Positions 1-5,974 of a stretch of DNA of 64,000 nt are shown piece by piece (the stretch's first letter is position 1; each line of letters opens with the position of its first letter). The stretch lies in sequence record MW812342.1; one strand, written 5' to 3'. The notes under the pieces are model-generated. The model was given only the letters and a program-made list of their open reading frames with translations, was not told the DNA's origin and made no database searches. Made by a program: the position numbers and the translations under genes.

Positions 1-192
1 CCGGTCTGTGTGAACACGCCGTACTCCCACGCAGAGATTGCGGTCATCGGCGAACTGATTCGTACCGAGGCTCGGATTCGCAATCCTAACTTCGGGAAGT
101 ATTACACCGTGCCCGAATCAAAAAAATAATATTTTTTACAAACCGGGGTGTTCCTGTGTTCAAACCCAATCACCAGCACTAGGGAAATCATC

Positions 193-375
193 ATGACACC
201 AGAACAACGTCGCCGCCGCGACGAGGAAGAACGCCGTCGTCGCCAGTCCTCACAACGCGGTTACACGCCGGGTTATACCCCGGTCGATGATTCGCCGTAC
301 TACGGCGGAGATGATTCGTCACCTTCGGGTTGCGATTCCGGTTCTGACAGCGGCGGTTCTTGCGGCTGCGACTAA
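193..375 (+). CDS. small hypothetical protein, Arg-rich N-terminus and Ser/Gly/Asp-rich C-terminus
   Basis: ATG at 193 after AGGGAAA (track start 148 probably too long); MTPEQRRRRDEEERRRR...SGCDSGSDSGGSCGCD. Confidence 0.6.
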   Translation: MTPEQRRRRDEEERRRRQSSQRGYTPGYTPVDDSPYYGGDDSSPSGCDSGSDSGGSCGCD

Positions 376-387
376 GCGAGATAAACC

Positions 388-876
388 ATGACCACGATTG
401 CGTACGACGGAAAAACACTGGCGTCCGATAGCCAGTCGACTCAGGGTAACATCCGCGTGTCGAACTCTGCCATGAAAATCTTCGCCCGTGGTGAAGGTGA
501 CGATTGGTCTATCGAGGGAAAACGTATCGCGGCTTTCGGTGTGGCGGGTAATCTCCACGATGCCAAAGACCTGCGCCAGCGAATGTCATCGTTTGTCGGA
601 CACCATTCCGGTGACCACTTCGAGAACGGCTCCACGTTCGCGTTCATTGCAATCGCTGAAGACCACACCGTGTTCGTTGGCGGGAAGTATTCCGACGAAC
701 CACGTTCGTGGGTCATGGAAGCCGAAGCGCCGGTAGCGGTCGGTAGCGGTGGTGACTTCGCCCTCGGGGCCATGGCTGCCGGGGCAAAAGCCGAGGATGC
801 CGTTCGCATCGCTTCGAAGTTTGACGTGAACACCAATGACAGTGTCTCGTCCATCGATTGCTGGGGTAACACATGA
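388..876 (+). CDS. HslV/proteasome-beta-like Ntn-hydrolase
   Basis: N-terminal M-T-T-I (Thr nucleophile after Met removal), ASDSQST, MKIF (Lys) and AVGSGG motifs of the proteasome-beta/HslV fold. Confidence 0.75.
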   Translation: MTTIAYDGKTLASDSQSTQGNIRVSNSAMKIFARGEGDDWSIEGKRIAAFGVAGNLHDAKDLRQRMSSFVGHHSGDHFENGSTFAFIAIAEDHTVFVGGKYSDEPRSWVMEAEAPVAVGSGGDFALGAMAAGAKAEDAVRIASKFDVNTNDSVSSIDCWGNT

Positions 877-1208
877 GCAAAGAAAAAGTTCAACCGGAAC
901 TGGTGTTTGATTTTGCGTATCCGCTCGATGAGGCATGCGCGATTCTGGGGAATACCCGCGTACCAAAAATCGCGGCGCTGACGGATGTCGTTTCCACCGT
1001 CCAGTTTCACATGTGGGCTGCAACCGATTTGGTAACTGTGATGGTTCTGTCGAAAGACGGCGATGCCACGACGGTAAATACTTACCAAGGCTATAGTCCT
1101 GTAACCAAAATCGAATCCATCAACAACGCCATGGAGCAAGCACTCAAGACTGCATTGAAGTCTTGGGCCTATCTTCAGACGCGCAATTTGAGCGACGCGG
1201 TAGTCTAA
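873..1208 (+). CDS. hypothetical protein
   Basis: 111-aa ORF coupled by ATGA overlap to the upstream gene. Confidence 0.65.
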   Translation: MSKEKVQPELVFDFAYPLDEACAILGNTRVPKIAALTDVVSTVQFHMWAATDLVTVMVLSKDGDATTVNTYQGYSPVTKIESINNAMEQALKTALKSWAYLQTRNLSDAVV

Positions 1209-1231
1209 TTACAAGACTACCCTGTTGTATG
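1202..1231 (+). promoter_or_regulatory. putative phage promoter for tRNA transcript (AGTCTAATTACAAGA-N11-TATG)
   Basis: 15-bp exact repeat of 4376-4390 with TATG at the same offset; lies just before tRNA-Trp. Confidence 0.5.
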
Positions 1232-1255
1232 CTGAGAAGCACGTAATTGAATTCT

Positions 1256-1331
1256 AGGGGAGTAGCTCAGCTGGCAGAGCACCGGTCTCCAAAACCGGGT
1301 GTCCAGAGTTCGAATCTCTGTTCCCCTGCCA
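1256..1331 (+). tRNA. tRNA-Trp (CCA)
   Basis: AGGGGAG/TTCCCCT acceptor, CCGGT-CTCCAAA-ACCGG anticodon arm, TTCGAAT T-loop, encoded CCA; 76 nt. Confidence 0.95.
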
Positions 1332-1395
1332 AATTTAGCCAGCAAGAATGTGAGAAACCGCGGAAGACCAAATAGTCAATCGCTGGAGAATTCTC

Positions 1396-1617
1396 ATGAA
1401 CTTGTATTTGCTTGAACGTCAAGACGATGTCGGTTACGACGAGTTTGATTCCATAGTCGTTGCAGCTCCCTCGGAAGCTGTGGCGCGCGCAATTCGTCCA
1501 AGGGGTGGTTGGGTGTACGGTGAGGCATGGGATGAGGCGGAAACGCTGACCTGCACAAACATCGGAACCACACACCTCCCAATCGGTATTGTTCATGAAT
1601 CGTTTAATGCAGGCTGA
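1396..1617 (+). CDS. small hypothetical protein between tRNAs
   Basis: 73-aa ORF with GGAG Shine-Dalgarno. Confidence 0.65.
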   Translation: MNLYLLERQDDVGYDEFDSIVVAAPSEAVARAIRPRGGWVYGEAWDEAETLTCTNIGTTHLPIGIVHESFNAG

Positions 1618-1645
1618 ATAGGTGGGCTTCGGCCCACCAAACTCT

Positions 1646-1720
1646 GGGGCGCTGGCCGAGTGGCTTAGGCGCAGGATTGCAAATCCTGTTACCGCGGTTC
1701 AATTCCGCGGCGTCCCTCCA
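1646..1720 (+). tRNA. tRNA-Cys (GCA)
   Basis: GGGGCGC/GCGTCCC acceptor, CAGGA-TTGCAAA-TCCTG anticodon arm, U discriminator plus CCA. Confidence 0.95.
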
Positions 1721-1858
1721 AATACCCTGTCTCGCCCGACAGGATTTCTTTACAAAAACCCGTAGAGCCTTTCGGGGGTGAAGCCAGTTGGAGTGTTGCT
1801 ACTCTACGGTCTTCTACTCCTGGGCGCTGGCTCACCCACCTAAAGGATAAAAAGAATT

Positions 1859-2284
1859 ATGTTCGGTCTTTTCAAAAAACGCGCTAACCGTGCTATGTCT
1901 GAAATCAAAAAATTCGACAAACGTGACCTGGCAGAAGCCGTGGTTAACGCCGCTTACCTGATTGCGTACGCAGACGGCGAGCTGGAATCTTCTGAGAAAG
2001 CGAAAATCGATCAGGTGCTGCGCGCCAACCCGGTACTGTCTAACTTCCAGTCCGAGCTGAACGCAATTGCTTCTACTATCATCGCTCAGCTGGAAGCGGA
2101 CATCGACATCGGCCGTCGTGCTGCCCTGCGCCAGATTGCTGATGTGAAAGGCGACCAGCGCGAGTGTGAAGACGTTCTGGATGTTGCTGTGGCTATTGCC
2201 CGTGCTGATGGCGAAATCGAACCGGCAGAAGTTGAAATGCTGAAACAGATCGCCGAAGCGCTGGGTCTGCGTTACGACGCGTAA
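1859..2284 (+). CDS. terB: TerB-family (tellurite resistance-like) protein
   Basis: Two A(D)G-x-x-x-x-E repeats (IAYADGELESSE, IARADGEIEPAE) and all-helical pattern typical of TerB; AAGGA SD. Confidence 0.8.
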   Translation: MFGLFKKRANRAMSEIKKFDKRDLAEAVVNAAYLIAYADGELESSEKAKIDQVLRANPVLSNFQSELNAIASTIIAQLEADIDIGRRAALRQIADVKGDQRECEDVLDVAVAIARADGEIEPAEVEMLKQIAEALGLRYDA

Positions 2285-2287
2285 GCC

Positions 2288-2470
2288 ATGAAGCTGAAAA
2301 CCAAGTTATACATCGTGGCCGCGTTGCTGCTGATGCTGCTTGGCAACTTCGTTGGGCGTGCCTTCACGTTAATCGCCTACGTAGCTGTAATCGGCGTAGT
2401 AGCCTATCTGGTCTGGCCTGTCATCAAGAGGTTTGCGGCGAAGTCGCAGGCGAAGGTGAAAGGCAAGTAG
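2288..2470 (+). CDS. small membrane protein
   Basis: 60 aa, two hydrophobic segments followed by a basic tail; starts 3 nt after terB stop. Confidence 0.65.
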   Translation: MKLKTKLYIVAALLLMLLGNFVGRAFTLIAYVAVIGVVAYLVWPVIKRFAAKSQAKVKGK

Positions 2471-2476
2471 TAATTC

Positions 2477-2514
2477 GGTGCGGGGGTCGTTCCCTCCGCA
2501 CCACCCTTTTCTTC
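2477..2514 (+). terminator. putative intrinsic terminator/attenuator
   Basis: GGTGCGGGGG...CCCTCCGCACC hairpin followed by CTTTTCTTCT. Confidence 0.5.
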
Positions 2515-2536
2515 TCATCTAAAAATAGGTATAACC

Positions 2537-3376
2537 ATGAGAAAGGTGCTTTTCGGAATACTTGCAGCGTTGACGTTTAGCATGTCCGCCGTCGCGGCAG
2601 ACGAAGTAGTCATTACCACAGGACAGCAGGGCCTGACCTATAACTCGGTCTATGGCGTTAATCTGGCCGGTGCTATCAGCGAGTTCGGTACTCGTGCACG
2701 GGTCATCCCGTCGAAGGGGTCATTAGATAACCTCGACAAAGTTGCCGCAGGTGAAGCCCAGATTGGTTTCACGCAGGCAGATGCTTTCCAGTTCTGGCGC
2801 GCTAAGCACCCGAACGAAGCGCAGAACGTTGACATCGTCGGTCAGCTGGCCCGCGAATGTGTGTGGGTCGCTGTCAAGAAAGACGGCAAGGTCAAAGATG
2901 CGAAAGATTTAACCGATGGCGCGAAAATCGCCGTGGGTGAACCGGACTCCGGCTCGTACGCCAGTTGGCAATACCTGCAACAGTTGGTGAAAGAGTATTC
3001 CAAAGCGGAAACTTACGCCAAGGGTGGCATCCGTTCGTTGTCCAAAGTGGCAACGGGTGAATACGATGCGTTCCTGTGGGTGTCTGCGCCGGATAAAGGC
3101 AACAAATTCCTCGAAGCGGTCAATCAAGACAGTTCTGGTTTAGAGCTGATTGACATGAGCACATGGAACGTCAACGACAAACTGCCTAACGGCCAGTCGG
3201 TCTACACGAAAGAAACGGCCAAGACAGACAAGACCGCGTTCTTCGGTAAGAAAGTTGACGTCCCGTGCACCACCACACTCGTCGTGGCCAACACTGACGC
3301 CGGTGATGATCTGCTCGAAACCGTTTCTACCATCCTCCTGAAAAACAATTCACGAGTGATGGGGGACAAAAAATAA
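2537..3376 (+). CDS. TAXI-family (TRAP-like) periplasmic solute-binding protein
   Basis: Signal peptide ending AVAA; ITTGQQGLTY, SKGSLDNL, IGFTQADA and IAVGEPDSGS match TAXI-type binding-protein motifs. Confidence 0.75.
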   Translation: MRKVLFGILAALTFSMSAVAADEVVITTGQQGLTYNSVYGVNLAGAISEFGTRARVIPSKGSLDNLDKVAAGEAQIGFTQADAFQFWRAKHPNEAQNVDIVGQLARECVWVAVKKDGKVKDAKDLTDGAKIAVGEPDSGSYASWQYLQQLVKEYSKAETYAKGGIRSLSKVATGEYDAFLWVSAPDKGNKFLEAVNQDSSGLELIDMSTWNVNDKLPNGQSVYTKETAKTDKTAFFGKKVDVPCTTTLVVANTDAGDDLLETVSTILLKNNSRVMGDKK

Positions 3377-3384
3377 AAATATGT

Positions 3385-3995
3385 ACTGACCCAGTGCATC
3401 TTTTCGGGCTGGGTAGGGTTGATGTCCCTACCTGCGCGGTGTTCGTTAAGGCTGGTAACGTTCGCTGAGACCTGTCGCATACCCGTAAGTCGGCAGTAGC
3501 CGGTTACACAAAAGACTATCGCGTAAGCTGTGAAGTTTCCCCGGTAGGTAACCGACCGTTCACGATTTCATTAGGTGAGCAAATAATCTATGCAAGGACT
3601 TCTAGGATTTGTGCTCGACATGATGGGTAGCTTACGCCGCCTCATCAAGCAGTTACGAATCTGGAAGCTTGCCCATTACTGGTTTACAGGCGAAAAGGCT
3701 TCTCGTGAGAGAGCCACATGCAAACTGCGTATTTACATTAGTATGTTCACGGCTGTGAGCATAGGTCAAGCACCGGAACGATAAGCCGGACAGCTACGCC
3801 TGTAAAATACAATCTGAAAATCATAATGGGATTAAGTTCCCAGATTTGAAAAGGCGACTGTGTGTCGTCGGCGATAACCCCCTGTCGTGGACCAGGTTAT
3901 CCCAAAGGTAATGTGAAAGGGGTTGGTGCTTGGAGGCGCTAAGACCGGCGGATACGCTGGCTCAGAAGAAGAAGTCCATCAACCCCATTCTCACC
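3385..3995 (+). ncRNA. candidate large (~600 nt) structured non-coding RNA
   Basis: No convincing ORF; long-range helices 3521-29/3629-37, 3683-92/3797-3806, 3873-79/3895-3901 and 3919-28/3977-86 plus several local hairpins. Confidence 0.5.
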
Positions 3996-4046
3996 TAAGT
4001 GACTCTTTTACAAGATGTTACTTATATATGCGAAAGCGAGGTGAAC

Positions 4047-4373
4047 ATGGGAACGTATCGTGAAGGCCCTGAAAGCACGGTGACTCACCGTAGTCATGAT
4101 TACTCTGTGGATGCATTGCTGGATATAGCGGAACGTCATAGCCTCGTTCAAATTCCAGTGTCTAGGATAGAATGGATTTTAAACGAGACTACGCTCGAAG
4201 ATGAGCGAGTTAAGAGTGCAGATACAGATTATCCCATTATTGTGCTGCACGAAGGAAGTTTGTATATTGTATTAGACGGTGCCCATCGCCTTGCGAAGGC
4301 GGTTGCCGAAGGCAAGGATACCATTGCAGCCAAGATACTTGTGCCTGCTAATCTACCGAAACCGGTACGATAA
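4047..4373 (+). CDS. ParB/sulfiredoxin-like domain protein
   Basis: PIIV...IVLDGAHRLAKA motif (DG-x-HR); ATG 4047 follows GAGGTG SD. Confidence 0.7.
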   Translation: MGTYREGPESTVTHRSHDYSVDALLDIAERHSLVQIPVSRIEWILNETTLEDERVKSADTDYPIIVLHEGSLYIVLDGAHRLAKAVAEGKDTIAAKILVPANLPKPVR

Positions 4374-4375
4374 AA

Positions 4376-4405
4376 AGTCTAATTACAAGAATACACTGTA
4401 TTATG
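4376..4405 (+). promoter_or_regulatory. putative phage promoter for main tRNA cluster
   Basis: AGTCTAATTACAAGA identical to 1202-1216, with TATG 26 nt from motif start in both copies. Confidence 0.5.
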
Positions 4406-4492
4406 TCGGAAACCCGATTTGATGTTGCACAGGGCGTTACGCTGCGGCGTTTGCCGGTGTGCAGGGTTAGGTCGGGATTCTGGCACCTATTC

Positions 4493-4577
4493 GGCGGGTT
4501 ACTCAAGCGGCAACGAGAGCAGACTGTAAATCTGTTGACTTCGGTCTTCGGTGGTTCGAGTCCACCACACGCCACCA
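4493..4577 (+). tRNA. tRNA-Tyr (GTA)
   Basis: GCAGA-CTGTAAA-TCTGT anticodon arm, long variable arm, TTCGAGT T-loop, ACCA end; one G.A mismatch in acceptor. Confidence 0.92.
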
Positions 4578-4583
4578 AACAGT

Positions 4584-4658
4584 TGGGGTATAGCCAAGCG
4601 GTAAGGCCCAGGGCTTTGATCCCTGTATGCCTAGGTTCGATTCCTAGTGCCCCTGCCA
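4584..4658 (+). tRNA. tRNA-Gln (TTG)
   Basis: CAGGG-CTTTGAT-CCCTG anticodon arm, TTCGATT T-loop, GCCA end. Confidence 0.92.
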
Positions 4659-4664
4659 AACAAC

Positions 4665-4747
4665 GGAAGTAAAGCTCGCTGCTTCGGAAACTCATGGTGA
4701 AAAACCCGTGACCTTCCAGGCCGGTGCTATACCGGATGCTTCCACCA
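4665..4747 (+). ncRNA. degenerate tRNA-like RNA (non-canonical D/T loops, 8-nt anticodon loop)
   Basis: 7-bp acceptor GGAAGTA/TGCTTCC plus ACCA; TCATGG/CCGTGA arm; CCGG/CCGG T-like arm with TGCTATA loop. Confidence 0.65.
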
Positions 4748-4753
4748 AACAAT

Positions 4754-4973
4754 GGTACCTGTCACAGCAGCCCTTGAGGCTTACGCGAAGATGACTGGCC
4801 GCCCATTTTTACCGGGTAACACATTCCTGCCTGCGTGCTATTGCCGCTAAGGTTTGTCCCTGGTGTCGTGCGTCATTCGGGTCTACCCATGCTCTGCGGA
4901 GTGTGCGCTGATGTCTCGATAAACGCCATAGGGCCGCCTTGAGAACTCCGTGGAATTCGGAGGGGTACCACCC
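4754..4973 (+). ncRNA. tmRNA-like cloverleaf RNA with ~125-nt insert in place of anticodon loop
   Basis: GGTACCT/GGGTACC 7-bp acceptor plus A-CC; CTCCG-TGGAATT-CGGAG T-arm directly 5' of the acceptor strand; helix 4797-4804/4931-4938. Confidence 0.6.
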
Positions 4974-5048
4974 ATTCTTGTGTTTCCTTATCCTGAAGAC
5001 ATTCGTAAGACAAATCTATTCATGGTCGAGGAAGCACAGAACCCATTT

Positions 5049-5123
5049 AGGACTGTAGTTCAGTGGGAGAACGCCGCCCTGTCACGGCGGAGGTCGCGGG
5101 TTCGAAACCCGTCAGTCCTGCCA
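5049..5123 (+). tRNA. tRNA-Asp (GTC)
   Basis: AGGACTG/CAGTCCT acceptor, CCGCC-CTGTCAC-GGCGG arm, GCCA end. Confidence 0.95.
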
Positions 5124-5131
5124 GTTTCAAA

Positions 5132-5207
5132 TGCGTCTTAGCTCAGTTGGTAGAGCGCACCCCTGATAAGGGTGAGGTCACTGGTTCAAGTCCAGTAGAT
5201 GCAACCA
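5132..5207 (+). tRNA. tRNA-Ile (GAT)
   Basis: CACCC-CTGATAA-GGGTG arm, canonical D/T loops, ACCA end; 76 nt. Confidence 0.95.
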
Positions 5208-5213
5208 AACAAC

Positions 5214-5291
5214 GGTGTATGTAGTTCAGTTGGTTAGAATTCCGGCTTGTGACGTCGGAGGTCGAGAGTTCAAGTCTCTCCATACACCCCA
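5214..5291 (+). tRNA. tRNA-His (GTG)
   Basis: TTGTGAC anticodon loop, G-1:C73 His identity pair, CCA end. Confidence 0.95.
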
Positions 5292-5296
5292 TTTGC

Positions 5297-5372
5297 ATTC
5301 CCGTCATCTAGTTGGTTAGGATACGACACTTTCACTGTCGGTACACGAGTTCGAGTCTCGTCGGGAATACCA
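5297..5372 (+). tRNA. tRNA-Glu (TTC)
   Basis: ATTCCCG/CGGGAAT acceptor, CGACA-CTTTCAC-TGTCG arm, ACCA end. Confidence 0.95.
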
Positions 5373-5503
5373 TGTTATCCTCACGTAAATCATCGCCGGT
5401 GAGGGGTAAGGCAAGCTCCTGCCCCAATCCCATAATTACATCTCGGCTAAACACCGGGCGCTGTTGGTGTAGATGATACCCACTGGGTGTGAGGGGCCTA
5501 AAC

Positions 5504-5593
5504 GGAGAATTGACTGAGCGGCTAAAGGTGCTCCCCTGCTAAGGGAGTGTATGCGCAAGTGTACCATTGGTTCGAATCCAATATTCTCCGCCA
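5504..5593 (+). tRNA. tRNA-Ser (GCT)
   Basis: CTCCC-CTGCTAA-GGGAG arm, long variable arm, G discriminator plus CCA; 90 nt. Confidence 0.95.
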
Positions 5594-5769
5594 TGTTCTC
5601 TTGCTGTGGGAAATAGAAGCGAACGTAGAAACGCCGGTTAGCTCAAAGCTTAGAGCGTCTCATCTTCGGATGAGAAGGTTGGGGGTGCAACCCGAATTCC
5701 CTATCGGCAACGGCCTGCTTGTCAGGATTAGAAACATCTACGTGGATGGGAACTTCTACAGCAAGAACA
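5594..5769 (+). ncRNA. anticodon-less tRNA-like domain capping a long stem
   Basis: Cloverleaf 5633-5708 (GCTC/GAGC D-arm, TCTCATC-TTCG-GATGAGA arm) enclosed by helices 5623-29/5737-43 and 5600-11/5754-65. Confidence 0.6.
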
Positions 5770-5771
5770 AA

Positions 5772-5970
5772 ACAGTGGGAGCATTGTCCACTGTGACACC
5801 GGCAAAGGTTTCGTACCTTGCAGGTTGGGCGGAAGCCCGATGTTCCCCCGAACGCTGGCCTTCTGGCCGATACAGTGAAAGCTTACCCATGCCGTTGATC
5901 ACCTCTTCTGCTGCTGCCAACACACTGTATCACCGGAATCAGTCCTGCCTTAAATGGCAAGCGTTCACCC
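5772..5970 (+). ncRNA. candidate multi-helix structured RNA domain
   Basis: ACAGTGG/CCACTGT, GGGC-GGAA-GCCC, GAACGCT/AGCGTTC (5850/5960) and GATACAGTG/CACTGTATC (5869/5923). Confidence 0.45.
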
Positions 5971-5974
5971 ATTC

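Noticed and set aside
3590-3784. 64-aa ORF inside the candidate large RNA
   Set aside because: Weak SD and no recognisable motif, and it coincides with long-range helices; cannot be fully excluded
3385-3995. Group I intron, RNase P RNA or canonical tmRNA identity for the large RNA
   Set aside because: The conserved P/Q/R/S cores, RNase P GAGGAAAGUCC signature and tmRNA acceptor ends were not found by eye; a covariance search is still needed
4841-4852. ssrA-like tag ending ...RAIAA in the tmRNA-like insert
   Set aside because: The codons GCT ATT GCC GCT are followed by AAG, not a stop, so no canonical degradation tag is encoded in that frame
4348-5141. ORFs 4403-4672, 4348-4752(-) and 4950-5141
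   Set aside because: They run through bona fide tRNA genes (Tyr, Gln, Asp, Ile)
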